64,000 bases of DNA, taken from Auanema rhodensis. Lineage: Eukaryota > Animalia > Nematoda. The notes below the pieces were generated by a model. The model made no database searches. It had not been told where the DNA came from and worked only from the letters and a program-made list of their open reading frames with translations. Made by a program: the position numbers and the translations under genes. Position 1 is the first letter of the stretch. Every line of letters begins with the position of its first letter. The DNA lies in the NCBI GenBank assembly GCA_964057225.1, contig OZ059894.1:5022001-5086000 (forward strand), in the 5' to 3' direction. Positions 29,401 through 44,800 of the stretch are shown piece by piece.

Positions 29401-32400
29401 TTTTGTCAAAATGTTTTTGGAAGCTATGTTGAGTGTACATGGAAACTCAACATACACTTATGCATCATTTTTCAAACGATCATAACTAATTTTTGTATTA
29501 AGCGTTTCTCAAAGTAGTATAGTGCATTCGATGCGGATTTCCCAGCTGCGTCGATCTGTGTTATCAGATTTGCGCTAGCTTAAAAATGCACCGAGATATC
29601 AACTGATATAAGTTCACACTTATATCCTCCATTTTCACCCTGAAGAATTAATTTTTTCGTTGAATAACATTGTCCATCGTCTTTGCCTTGAAAAAAGAAA
29701 ACTAAAAACATCTACTTTTTGCTAAATTATTTTGAAATTTTTCGAAAAAATTTTTGTCAAAATGTTTTTGGAAGCTATGTTGAGTGTACATGGAAACTCA
29801 ACATACACTTATGCATCATTTTTCAAACGATCATAACTAATTTTTGTATTAAGCGTTCCTCAATGTAGTATAGTGCATTCGATGCGGATTTTTAAGCTGC
29901 GTCGATCTGTGTTATCAGATTTGCGCTAGCTTAAAAATGCACCGAGATATCAACTGATATAAGTTCACACTTATATCCTTGATTTTCACCCTGTAGAATT
30001 AATTTTTTCGTTGAATAACATTGTCCATCGTCTTTGCCTTGAAAAAAGGAATCTAAAAACATCTACTTTTTGCTAAATTGTTTTGAAATTTTTCGAAAAA
30101 ATTTTTGTCAAAATGTTTTTGGAAGCTATGTTGAGTGTACATGGAAACTCAACATACACTTATGCATCATTTTTCAAACGATCATAACTAATTTTTGTAT
30201 TAAGCGTTCCTCAATGTAGTATAGTGCATTCGATGCGGATTTTTAAGCTGCGTCGATCTGTGTTATCAGATTTGCGCTAGCTTAAAAATGCACCGAGATA
30301 TCAACTGATATAAGTTCACACTTATATCCTTGATTTTCACCCTGTAGAATTAATTTTTTCGTTGAATAACATTGTCCATCGTCTTTGCCTTGAAAAAAGG
30401 AATCTAAAAACATCTACTTTTTGCTAAATTATTTTGAAATTTTTCGAAAAAATTTTTGTCAAAATGTTTTTGGAAGCTATGTTGAGTGTACATGGAAACT
30501 CAACATACACTTATGCATCATTTTTCAAACGATCATAACTAATTTTTGTATTAAGCGTTTCTCAAAGTAGTATAGTGCATTCGATGCGGATTTCCCAGCT
30601 GCGTCGATCTGTGTTATCAGATTTGCGCTAGCTTAAAAATGCACCGAGATATCAACTGATATAAGTTCACACTTATATCCTCCATTTTCACCCTGAAGAA
30701 TTAATTTTTTCGTTGAATAACATTGTCCATCGTCTTTGCCTTGAAAAAAGAAAACTAAAAACATCTACTTTTTGCTAAATTATTTTGAAATTTTTCGAAA
30801 AAATTTTTGTCAAAATGTTTTTGGAAGCTATGTTGAGTGTACATGGAAACTCAACATACACTTATGCATCATTTTTCAAACGATCATAACTAATTTTTGT
30901 ATTAAGCGTTCCTCAATGTAGTATAGTGCATTCGATGCGGATTTTTAAGCTGCGTCGATCTGTGTTATCAGATTTGCGCTAGCTTAAAAATGCACCGAGA
31001 TATCAACTGATATAAGTTCACACTTATATCCTTGATTTTCACCCTGTAGAATTAATTTTTTCGTTGAATAACATTGTCCATCGTCTTTGCCTTGAAAAAA
31101 GGAATCTAAAAACATCTACTTTTTGCTAAATTGTTTTGAAATTTTTCGAAAAAATTTTTGTCAAAATGTTTTTGGAAGCTATGTTGAGTGTACATGGAAA
31201 CTCAACATACACTTATGCATCATTTTTCAAACGATCATAACTAATTTTTGTATTAAGCGTTCCTCAATGTAGTATAGTGCATTCGATGCGGATTTTTAAG
31301 CTGCGTCGATCTGTGTTATCAGATTTGCGCTAGCTTAAAAATGCACCGAGATATCAACTGATATAAGTTCACACTTATATCCTTGATTTTCACCCTGTAG
31401 AATTAATTTTTTCGTTGAATAACATTGTCCATCGTCTTTGCCTTGAAAAAAGGAATCTAAAAACATCTACTTTTTGCTAAATTATTTTGAAATTTTTCGA
31501 AAAAATTTTTGTCAAAATGTTTTTGGAAGCTATGTTGAGTGTACATGGAAACTCAACATACACTTATGCATCATTTTTCAAACGATCATAACTAATTTTT
31601 GTATTAAGCGTTCCTCAATGTAGTATAGTGCATTCGATGCGGATTTTTAAGCTGCGTCGATCTGTGTTATCAGATTTGCGCTAGCTTAAAAATGCACCGA
31701 GATATCAACTGATATAAGTTCACACTTATATCCTTGATTTTCACCCTGGAGAATTAATTTTTTCGTTGAATAACATTGTCCATCGTCTTTGCCTTGAAAA
31801 AAGGAATCTAAAAACATCTACTTTTTGCTAAATTGTTTTGAAATTTTTCGAAAAAATTTTTGTCAAAATGTTTTTGGAAGCTATGTTGAGTGTACATGGA
31901 AACTCAACATACACTTATGCATCATTTTTCAAACGATCATAACTAATTTTTGTATTAAGCGTTCCTCAATGTAGTATAGTGCATTCGATGCGGATTTTTA
32001 AGCTGCGTCGATCTGTGTTATCAGATTTGCGCTAGCTTAAAAATGCACCGAGATATCAACTGATATAAGTTCACACTTATATCCTTGATTTTCACCCTGT
32101 AGAATTAATTTTTTCGTTGAATAACATTGTCCATCGTCTTTGCCTTGAAAAAAGGAATCTAAAAACATCTACTTTTTGCTAAATTATTTTGAAATTTTTC
32201 GAAAAAATTTTTGTCAAAATGTTTTTGGAAGCTATGTTGAGTGTACATGGAAACTCAACATACACTTATGCATCATTTTTCAAACGATCATAACTAATTT
32301 TTGTATTAAGCGTTCCTCAATGTAGTATAGTGCATTCGATGCGGATTTTTAAGCTGCGTCGATCTGTGTTATCAGATTTGCGCTAGCTTAAAAATGCACC

Positions 32401-35400
32401 GAGATATCAACTGATATAAGTTCACACTTATATCCTTGATTTTCACCCTGGAGAATTAATTTTTTCGTTGAATAACATTGTCCATCGTCTTTGCTTTGAA
32501 AAAAGGAATCTAAAAACATCTACTTTTTGCTAAATTATTTTGAAATTTTTCGAAAAAATTTTTGTCAAAATGTTTTTGGAAGCTATGTTGAGTGTACATG
32601 GAAACTCAACATACACTAATGCATCATTTTTCAAACGATCATAACTAATTTTTGTATTAAGCGTTCCTCAATGTAGTATAGTGCATTCGATGCGGATTTT
32701 TAAGCTGCGTCGATCTGTGTTATCAGATTTGCGCTAGCTTAAAAATGCACCGAGATATCAACTGATATAAGTTCACACTTATATCCTTGATTTTCACCCT
32801 GAAAAATTAATTTTTTCGTTGAATAACATTGTCCATCGTCTTTGCCTTGAAAAAAGGAATCTAAAAACATCTACTTTTTGCTAAATTATTTTGAAATTTT
32901 TCGAAAAAATTTTTGTCAAAATGTTTTTGGAAGCTATGTTGAGTGTACATGGAAACTCAACATACACTAATGCATCATTTTTCAAACGATCATAACTAAT
33001 TTTTGTATTAAGCGTTTCTCAAAGTAGTATAGTGCATTCGATGCGGATTTCCCAGCTGCGTCGATCTGTGTTATCAGATTTGCGCTAGCTTAAAAATGCA
33101 CCGAGATATCAACTGATATAAGTTCACACTTATATCCTCCATTTTCACCCTGAAGAATTAATTTTTTCGTTGAATAACATTGTCCATCGTCTTTGCCTTG
33201 AAAAAAGGAATCTAAAAACATCTACTTTTTGCTAAATTATTTTGAAATTTTTCGAAAAAATTTTTGTCAAAATGTTTTTGGAAGCTATGTTGAGTATACA
33301 TGGAAACTCAACATACACTAATGCATCATTTTTCAAACGATCATAACTAATTTTTGTATTAAGCGTTTCTCAAAGTAGTATAGTGCATTCGATGCGGATT
33401 TTTAAGCTGCGTCGATCTGTGTTATCAGATTTGCGCTAGCTTAAAAATGCACCGAGATATCAACTGATATAAGTTCACACTTATATCCTTGATTTTCACC
33501 CTGTAGAATTAATTTTTTCGTTGAATAACATTGTCCATCGTCTTTGCCTTGAAAAAAGGAATCTAAAAACATCTACTTTTTGCTAAATTATTTTGAAATT
33601 TTTCGAAAAAATTTTTGTCAAAATGTTTTTGGAAGCTATGTTGAGTGTACATGGAAACTCAACATACACTTATGCATCATTTTTCAAACGATCATAACTA
33701 ATTTTTGTATTAAGCGTTCCTCAATGTAGTATAGTGCATTCGATGCGGATTTCCAAGCTGCGTCGATCTGTGTTATCAGATTTGCGCTAGCTTAAAAATG
33801 CACCGAGATATCAACTGATATAAGTTCACACTTATATCCTCCATTTTCACCCTGAAGAATTAATTTTTTCGTTGAATAACATTGTCCATCGTCTTTGCCT
33901 TGAAAAAAGGAATCTAAAAACATCTACTTTTTGCTAAATTATTTTGAAATTTTTCGAAAAAATTTTTGTCAAAATGTTTTTGGAAGCTATGTTGAGTGTA
34001 CATGGAAACTCAACATACACTAATGCATCATTTTTCAAACGATCATAACTAATTTTTGTATTAATCGTTCCTCAATGTAGTATAGTGCATTCGATGCGGA
34101 TTTTTAAGCTGCGTCGATCTGTGTTATCAGATTTGCGCTAGCTTAAAAATGCACCGAGATATCAACTGATATAAGTTCACACTTATATCCTTGATTTTCA
34201 CCCTGAAGAATTAATTTTTTCGTTGAATAACATTGTCCATCGTCTTTGCCTTGAAAAAAGGAATCTAAAAACATCTACTTTTTGCTAAATTATTTTGAAA
34301 TTTTTCGAAAAAATTTTTGTCAAAATGTTTTTGGAAGCTATGTTGAGTGTACATGGAAACTCAACATACACTAATGCATCATTTTTCAAACGATCATAAC
34401 TAATTTTTGTATTAAGCGTTCCTCAATGTAGTATAGTGCATTCGATGCGGATTTTTAAGCTGCGTCGATCTGTGTTATCAGATTTGCGCTAGCTTAAAAA
34501 TGCACCGAGATATCAACTGATATAAGTTCACACTTATATCCTTGATTTTCACCCTGTAGAATTAATTTTTTCGTTGAATAACATTGTCCATCGTCTTTGC
34601 CTTGAAAAAAGGAATCTAAAAACATCTACTTTTTGCTAAATTATTTTGAAATTTTTCGAAAAAATTTTTGTCAAAATGTTTTTGGAAGCTATGTTGAGTG
34701 TACATGGAAACTCAACATACACTTATGCATCATTTTTCAAACGATCATAACTAATTTTTGTATTAAGCGTTCCTCAATGTAGTATAGTGCATTCGATGCG
34801 GATTTCCAAGCTGCCTCGATCTGTGTTATCAGATTTGCGCTAGCTTAAAAATGCACCGAGATATCAACTGATATAAGTTCACACTTATATCCTCCATTTT
34901 CACCCTGAAGAATTAATTTTTTCGTTGAATAACATTGTCCATCGTCTTTGCCTTGAAAAAAGGAATCTAAAAACATCTACTTTTTGCTAAATTATTTTGA
35001 AATTTTTCGAAAAAATTTTTGTCAAAATGTTTTTGGAAGCTATGTTGAGTGTACATGGAAACTCAACATACACTAATGCATCATTTTTCAAACGATCATA
35101 ACTAATTTTTGTATTAATCGTTCCTCAATGTAGTATAGTGCATTCGATGCGGATTTTTAAGCTGCGTCGATCTGTGTTATCAGATTTGCGCTAGCTTAAA
35201 AATGCACCGAGATATCAACTGATATAAGTTCACACTTATATCCTTGATTTTCACCCTGAAGAATTAATTTTTTCGTTGAATAACATTGTCCATCGTCTTT
35301 GCCTTGAAAAAAGTAATCTAAAAACATCTACTTTTTGCTAAATTATTTTGAAATTTTTCGAAAAAATTTTTGTCAAAATGTTTTTGGAAGCTATGTTGAG

Positions 35401-38400
35401 TGTACATGGAAACTCAACATACACTAATGCATCATTTTTCAAACGATCATAACTAATTTTTGTATTAAGCGTTCCTCAATGTAGTATAGTGCATTCGATG
35501 CGGATTTTTAAGCTGCGTCGATCTGTGTTATCAGATTTGCGCTAGCTTAAAAATGCACCGAGATATCAACTGATATAAGTTCACACTTATATCCTTGATT
35601 TTCACCCTGAAGAATTAATTTTTTCGTTGAATAACATTGTCCATCGTCTTTGCCTTGAAAAAAGGAATCTAAAAACATCTACTTTTTGCTAAATTATTTT
35701 GAAATTTTTCGAAAAAATTTTTGTCAAAATGTTTTTGGAAGCTATGTTGAGTGTACATGGAAACTCAACATACACTTATGCATCATTTTTCAAACGATCA
35801 TAACTAATTTTTGTATTAAGCGTTCCTCAATGTAGTATAGTGCATTCGATGCGGATTTCCAAGCTGCGTCGATCTGTGTTATCAGATTTGCGCTAGCTTA
35901 AAAATGCACCGAGATATCAACTGATATAAGTTCACACTTATATCCTTGATTTTCACCCTGAAGAATTAATTTTTTCGTTGAATAACATTGTCCATCGTCT
36001 TTGCCTTGAAAAATGAAATCTAAAAACATCTACTCTTTGCTAAATTATTTCGAAATTTTTCGAAAAAATTTTTGTCAAAATGTTTTTGGAAGCAATATTG
36101 AGTTTACATGGAAACTCAACATACACTAATGCATCATTTTTCAAACGATCATAACTAATTTTTGTATTAAGCGTTCCTCAATGTAGTATAGTGCATTCGA
36201 TGCGGATTTCCAAGCTGCCTCGATCTGTGTTATCAGATTTGCGCTAGCTTAAAAATGCACCGAGATATCAACTGATATAAGTTCACACTTATATCCTCCA
36301 TTTTCACCCTGAAGAATTAATTTTTTCGTTGAATAACATTGTCCATCGTCTTTGCCTTGAAAAAAGGAATCTAAAAACATCTACTTTTTGCTAAATTATT
36401 TTGAAATTTTTCGAAAAAATTTTTGTCAAAATGTTTTTGGAAGCTATGTTGAGTGTACATGGAAACTCAACATACACTAATGCATCATTTTTCAAACGAT
36501 CATAACTAATTTTTGTATTAATCGTTCCTCAATGTAGTATAGTGCATTCGATGCGGATTTTTAAGCTGCGTCGATCTGTGTTATCAGATTTGCGCTAGCT
36601 TAAAAATGCACCGAGATATCAACTGATATAAGTTCACACTTATATCCTTGATTTTCACCCTGAAGAATTAATTTTTTCGTTGAATAACATTGTCCATCGT
36701 CTTTGCCTTGAAAAAAGGAATCTAAAAACATCTACTTTTTGCTAAATTATTTTGAAATTTTTCGAAAAAATTTTTGTCAAAATGTTTTTGGAAGCTATGT
36801 TGAGTGTACATGGAAACTCAACATACACTAATGCATCATTTTTCAAACGATCATAACTAATTTTTGTATTAAGCGTTCCTCAATGTAGTATAGTGCATTC
36901 GATGCGGATTTTTAAGCTGCGTCGATCTGTGTTATCAGATTTGCGCTAGCTTAAAAATGCACCGAGATATCAACTGATATAAGTTCACACTTATATCCTT
37001 GATTTTCACCCTGAAGAATTAATTTTTTCGTTGAATAACATTGTCCATCGTCTTTGCCTTGAAAAAAGGAATCTAAAAACATCTACTTTTTGCTAAATTA
37101 TTTTGAAATTTTTCGAAAAAATTTTTGTCAAAATGTTTTTGGAAGCTATGTTGAGTGTACATGGAAACTCAACATACACTTATGCATCATTTTTCAAACG
37201 ATCATAACTAATTTTTGTATTAAGCGTTCCTCAATGTAGTATAGTGCATTCGATGCGGATTTCCAAGCTGCGTCGATCTGTGTTATCAGATTTGCGCTAG
37301 CTTAAAAATGCACCGAGATATCAACTGATATAAGTTCACACTTATATCCTCCATTTTCACCCTGAAGAATTAATTTTTTCGTTGAATAACATTGTCCATC
37401 GTCTTTGCCTTGAAAAAAGGAATTTAAAAACATCTACTTTTTGCTAAATTATTTTGAAATTTTTCGAAAAAATTTTTGTCAAAATGTTTTTGGAAGCTAT
37501 GTTGAGTGTACATGGAAACTCAACATACACTAATGCATCATTTTTCAAACGATCATAACTAATTTTTGTATTAAGCGTTCCTCAATGTAGTATAGTGCAT
37601 TCGATGCGGATTTTTAAGCTGCGTCGATCTGTGTTATCAGATTTGCGCTAGCTTAAAAATGCACCGAGATATCAACTGATATAAGTTCACACTTATATCC
37701 TTGATTTTCACCCTGAAGAATTAATTTTTTCGTTGAATAACATTGTCCATCGTCTTTGCCTTGAAAAAAGGAATCTAAAAACATCTACTTTTTGCTAAAT
37801 TATTTTGAAATTTTTCGAAAAAATTTTTGTCAAAATGTTTTTGGAAGCTATGTTGAGTGTACATGGAAACTCAACATACACTTATGCATCATTTTTCAAA
37901 CGATCATAACTAATTTTTGTATTAAGCGTTCCTCAATGTAGTATAGTGCATTCGATGCGGATTTCCAAGCTGCGTCGATCTGTGTTATCAGATTTGCGCT
38001 AGCTTAAAAATGCACCGAGATATCAACTGATATAAGTTCACACTTATATCCTCCATTTTCACCCTGAAGAATTAATTTTTTCGTTGAATAACATTGTCCA
38101 TCGTCTTTGCCTTGAAAAAAGGAATCTAAAAACATCTACTTTTTGCTAAATTATTTTGAAATTTTTCGAAAAAATTTTTGTCAAAATGTTTTTGGAAGCT
38201 ATGTTGAGTGTACATGGAAACTCAACATACACTAATGCATCATTTTTCAAACGATCATAACTAATTTTTGTATTAATCGTTCCTCAATGTAGTATAGTGC
38301 ATTCGATGCGGATTTTTAAGCTGCGTCGATCTGTGTTATCAGATTTGCGCTAGCTTAAAAATGCACCGAGATATCAACTGATATAAGTTCACACTTATAT

Positions 38401-41400
38401 CCTTGATTTTCACCCTGAAGAATTAATTTTTTCGTTGAATAACATTGTCCATCGTCTTTGCCTTGAAAAAAGGAATCTAAAAACATCTACTTTTTGCTAA
38501 ATTATTTTGAAATTTTTCGAAAAAATTTTTGTCAAAATGTTTTTGGAAGCTATGTTGAGTGTACATGGAAACTCAACATACACTAATGCATCATTTTTCA
38601 AACGATCATAACTAATTTTTGTATTAAGCGTTCCTCAATGTAGTATAGTGCATTCGATGCGGATTTTTAAGCTGCGTCGATCTGTGTTATCAGATTTGCG
38701 CTAGCTTAAAAATGCACCGAGATATCAACTGATATAAGTTCACACTTATATCCTTGATTTTCACCCTGAAGAATTAATTTTTTCGTTGAATAACATTGTC
38801 CATCGTCTTTGCCTTGAAAAAAGGAATCCAAAAACATCTACTTTTTGCTAAATTATTTTGAAATTTTTCGAAAAAATTTTTGTCAAAATGTTTTTGGAAG
38901 CTATGTTGAGTGTACATGGAAACTCAACATACACTAATGCATCATTTTTCAAACGATCATAACTAATTTTTGTATTAAGCGTTCCTCAATGTAGTATAGT
39001 GCATTCGATGCGGATTTTTAAGCTGCGTCGATCTGTGTTATCAGATTTGCGCTAGCTTAAAAATGCACCGAGATATCAACTGATATAAGTTCACACTTAT
39101 ATCCTTGATTTTCACCCTGAAGAATTAATTTTTTCGTTGAATAACATTGTCCATCGTCTTTGCCTTGAAAAAAGGAATCTAAAAACATCTACTTTTTGCT
39201 AAATTATTTTGAAATTTTTCGAAAAAATTTTTGTCAAAATGTTTTTGGAAGCTATGTTGAGTGTACATGGAAACTCAACATACACTAATGCATCATTTTT
39301 CAAACGATCATAACTAATTTTTGTATTAAGCGTTTCTCAAAGTAGTATAGTGCATTCGATGCGGATTTCCCAGCTGCGTCGATCTGTGTTATCAGATTTG
39401 CGCTAGCTTAAAAATGCACCGAGATATCAACTGATATAAGTTCACACTTATATCCTCCATTTTCACCCTGAAGAATTAATTTTTTCGTTGAATAACATTG
39501 TCCATCGTCTTTGCCTTGAAAAAAGAAAACTAAAAACATCTACTTTTTGCTAAATTATTTTGAAATTTTTCGAAAAAATTTTTGTCAAAATGTTTTTGGA
39601 AGCTATGTTGAGTGTACATGGAAACTCAACATACACTTATGCATCATTTTTCAAACGATCATAACTAATTTTTGTATTAAGCGTTCCTCAATGTAGTATA
39701 GTGCATTCGATGCGGATTTTTAAGCTGCGTCGATCTGTGTTATCAGATTTGCGCTAGCTTAAAAATGCACCGAGATATCAACTGATATAAGTTCACACTT
39801 ATATCCTTGATTTTCACCCTGTAGAATTAATTTTTTCGTTGAATAACATTGTCCATCGTCTTTGCCTTGAAAAAAGGAATCTAAAAACATCTACTTTTTG
39901 CTAAATTGTTTTGAAATTTTTCGAAAAAATTTTTGTCAAAATGTTTTTGGAAGCTATGTTGAGTGTACATGGAAACTCAACATACACTTATGCATCATTT
40001 TTCAAACGATCATAACTAATTTTTGTATTAAGCGTTCCTCAATGTAGTATAGTGCATTCGATGCGGATTTTTAAGCTGCGTCGATCTGTGTTATCAGATT
40101 TGCGCTAGCTTAAAAATGCACCGAGATATCAACTGATATAAGTTCACACTTATATCCTTGATTTTCACCCTGGAGAATTAATTTTTTCGTTGAATAACAT
40201 TGTCCATCGTCTTTGCTTTGAAAAAAGGAATCTAAAAACATCTACTTTTTGCTAAATTATTTTGAAATTTTTCGAAAAAATTTTTGTCAAAATGTTTTTG
40301 GAAGCTATGTTGAGTGTACATGGAAACTCAACATACACTAATGCATCATTTTTCAAACGATCATAACTAATTTTTGTATTAAGCGTTCCTCAATGTAGTA
40401 TAGTGCATTCGATGCGGATTTTTAAGCTGCGTCGATCTGTGTTATCGGATTTGCGCTAGCTTAAAAATGCACCGAGATATCAACTGATATAAGTTCACAC
40501 TTATATCCTTGATTTTCACCCTGAAAAATTAATTTTTTCGTTGAATAACATTGTCCATCGTCTTTGCCTTGAAAAAAGGAATCTAAAAACATCTACTTTT
40601 TGCTAAATTATTTTGAAATTTTTCGAAAAAATTTTTGTCAAAATGTTTTTGGAAGCTATGTTGAGTGTACATGGAAACTCAACATACACTAATGCATCAT
40701 TTTTCAAACGATCATAACTAATTTTTGTATTAAGCGTTTCTCAAAGTAGTATAGTGCATTCGATGCGGATTTCCCAGCTGCGTCGATCTGTGTTATCAGA
40801 TTTGCGCTAGCTTAAAAATGCACCGAGATATCAACTGATATAAGTTCACACTTATATCCTCCATTTTCACCCTGAAGAATTAATTTTTTCGTTGAATAAC
40901 ATTGTCCATCGTCTTTGCCTTGAAAAAAGAAAACTAAAAACATCTACTTTTTGCTAAATTATTTTGAAATTTTTCGAAAAAATTTTTGTCAAAATGTTTT
41001 TGGAAGCTATGTTGAGTGTACATGGAAACTCAACATACACTTATGCATCATTTTTCAAACGATCATAACTAATTTTTGTATTAAGCGTTCCTCAATGTAG
41101 TATAGTGCATTCGATGCGGATTTTTAAGCTGCGTCGATCTGTGTTATCAGATTTGCGCTAGCTTAAAAATGCACCGAGATATCAACTGATATAAGTTCAC
41201 ACTTATATCCTTGATTTTCACCCTGTAGAATTAATTTTTTCGTTGAATAACATTGTCCATCGTCTTTGCCTTGAAAAAAGGAATCTAAAAACATCTACTT
41301 TTTGCTAAATTGTTTTGAAATTTTTCGAAAAAATTTTTGTCAAAATGTTTTTGGAAGCTATGTTGAGTGTACATGGAAACTCAACATACACTTATGCATC

Positions 41401-41899
41401 ATTTTTCAAACGATCATAACTAATTTTTGTATTAAGCGTTCCTCAATGTAGTATAGTGCATTCGATGCGGATTTTTAAGCTGCGTCGATCTGTGTTATCA
41501 GATTTGCGCTAGCTTAAAAATGCACCGAGATATCAACTGATATAAGTTCACACTTATATCCTTGATTTTCACCCTGGAGAATTAATTTTTTCGTTGAATA
41601 ACATTGTCCATCGTCTTTGCTTTGAAAAAAGGAATCTAAAAACATCTACTTTTTGCTAAATTATTTTGAAATTTTTCGAAAAAATTTTTGTCAAAATGTT
41701 TTTGGAAGCTATGTTGAGTGTACATGGAAACTCAACATACACTAATGCATCATTTTTCAAACGATCATAACTAATTTTTGTATTAAGCGTTCCTCAATGT
41801 AGTATAGTGCATTCGATGCGGATTTTTAAGCTGCGTCGATCTGTGTTATCAGATTTGCGCTAGCTTAAAAATGCACCGAGATATCAACTGATATAAGTT

Positions 41900-44800
41900 C
41901 ACACTTATATCCTTGATTTTCACCCTGAAGAATTAATTTTTTCGTTGAATAACATTGTCCATCGTCTTTGCCTTGAAAGAAGGAATCTAAAAACATCTAC
42001 TTTTTGCTAAATTATTTTGAAATTTTTCGAAAAAATTTTTGTCAAAATGTTTTTGGAAGCTATGTTGAGTGTACATGGAAACTCAACATACACTTATGCA
42101 TCATTTTTCAAACGATCATAACTAATTTTTGTATTAAGCGTTCCTCAATGTAGTATAGTGCATTCGATGCGGATTTTTAAGCTGCGTCGATCTGTGTTAT
42201 CAGATTTGCGCTAGCTTAAAAATGCACCGAGATATCAACTGATATAAGTTCACACTTATATCCTCGATTTTCACCCTGAAGAATTAATTTTTTCGTTGAA
42301 TAACATTGTCCATCGTCTTTGCCTTGAAAAAAGGAATCTAAAAACATCTACTTTTTGCTAAATTATTTTGAAATTTTTCGAAAAAATTTTTGTCAAAATG
42401 TTTTTGGAAGCTATGTTGAGTGTACATGGAAACTCAACATACACTTATGCATCATTTTTCAAACGATCATAACTAATTTTTGTATTAAGCGTTCCTCAAT
42501 GTAGTATAGTGCATTCGATGCGGATTTTTAAGCTGCGTCGATCTGTGTTATCAGATTTGCGCTAGCTTAAAAATGCACCGAGATATCAACTGATATAAGT
42601 TCACACTTATATCCTTGATTTTCACCCTGGAGAATTAATTTTTTCGTTGAATAACATTGTCCATCGTCTTTGCCTTGAAAAAAGGAAACTAAAAACATCT
42701 ACTTTTTGCTAAATTATTTTGAAATTTTTCGAAAAAATTTTTGTCAAAATGTTTTTGGAAGCTATGTTGAGTGTACATGGAAACTCAACATACACTTATG
42801 CATCATTTTTCAAACGATCATAACTAATTTTTGTATTAAGCGTTCTTCAATGTAGTATAGTGCATTCGATGCGGATTTTTAAGCTGCGTCGATCTGTGTT
42901 ATCAGATTTGCGCTAGCTTAAAAATGCACCGAGATATCAACTGATATAAGTTCACACTTATATCCTTGATTTTCACCCTGAAGAATTAATTTTTTCGTTG
43001 AATAACATTGTCCATCGTCTTTGCCTTGAAAAAAGGAATCTAAAAACATCTACTTTTTGCTAAATTATTTTGAAATTTTTCGAAAAAATTTTTGTCAAAA
43101 TGTTTTTGGAAGCTATGTTGAGTGTACATGGAAACTCAACATACACTAATGCATCATTTTTCAAACGATCATAACTAATTTTTGTATTAAGCGTTCCTCA
43201 ATGTAGTATAGTGCATTCGATGCGGATTTTTAAGCTGCGTCGATCTGTGTTATCAGATTTGCGCTAGCTTAAAAATGCACCGAGATATCAACTGATATAA
43301 GTTCACACTTATATCCTTGATTTTCACCCTGAAAAATTAATTTTTTCGTTGAATAACATTGTCCATCGTCTTTGCCTTGAAAAAAGGAATCTAAAAACAT
43401 CTACTTTTTGCTAAATTATTTTGAAATTTTTCGAAAAAATTTTTGTCAACATGTTTTTGGAAGCTATGTTGAGTGTACATGGAAACTCAACATACACTAA
43501 TGCATCATTTTTCAAACGATCATAACTAATTTTTGTATTAAGCGTTTCTCAAAGTAGTATAGTGCATTCGATGCGGATTTCCAAGCTGCGTCGATCTGTG
43601 TTATCAGATTTGCGCTAGCTTAAAAATGCACCGAGATATCAACTGATATAAGTTCACACTTATATCCTCCATTTTCACCCTGAAGAATTAATTTTTTCGT
43701 TGAATAACATTGTCCATCGTCTTTGCCTTGAAAAAAGGAATCTAAAAACATCTACTTTTTGCTAAATTATTTTGAAATTTTTCGAAAAAATTTTTGTCAA
43801 AATGTTTTTGGAAGCTATGTTGAGTGTACATGGAAACTCAACATACACTTATGCATCATTTTTCAAACGATCATAACTAATTTTTGTATTAAGCGTTCCT
43901 CAATGTAGTATAGTGCATTCGATGCGGATTTTTAAGCTGCGTCGATCTGTGTTATCAGATTTGCGCTAGCTTAAAAATGCACCGAGATATCAACTGATAT
44001 AAGTTCACACTTATATCCTTGATTTTCACCCTGGAGAATTAATTTTTTCGTTGAATAACATTGTCCATCGTCTTTGCCTTGAAAAAAGGAATCTAAAAAC
44101 ATCTACTTTTTGCTAAATTATTTTGAAATTTTTCGAAAAAATTTTTGTCAAAATGTTTTTGGAAGCTATGTTGAGTGTACATGGAAACTCAACATACACT
44201 AATGCATCATTTTTCAAACGATCATAACTAATTTTTGTATTAAGCGTTTCTCAAAGTAGTATAGTGCATTCGATGCGGATTTCCAAGCTGCGTCGATCTG
44301 TGTTATCAGATTTGCGCTAGCTTAAAAATGCACCGAGATATCAACTGATATAAGTTCACACTTATATCCTCCATTTTCACCCTGAAGAATTAATTTTTTC
44401 GTTGAATAACATTGTCCATCGTCTTTGCCTTGAAAAAAGGAATCTAAAAACATTTACTTTTTGCTAAATTATTTTGAAATTTTTCGAAAAAATTTTTGTC
44501 AAAATGTTTTTGGAAGCTATGTTGAGTGTACATGGAAACTCAACATACACTTATGCATCATTTTTCAAACGATCATAACTAATTTTTGTATTAAGCGTTC
44601 CTCAATGTAGTATAGTGCATTCGATGCGGATTTTTAAGCTGCGTCGATCTGTGTTATCAGATTTGCGCTAGCTTAAAAATGCACCGAGATATCAACTGAT
44701 ATAAGTTCACACTTATATCCTTGATTTTCACCCTGGAGAATTAATTTTTTCGTTGAATAACATTGTCCATCGTCTTTGCCTTGAAAAAAGGAATCTAAAA

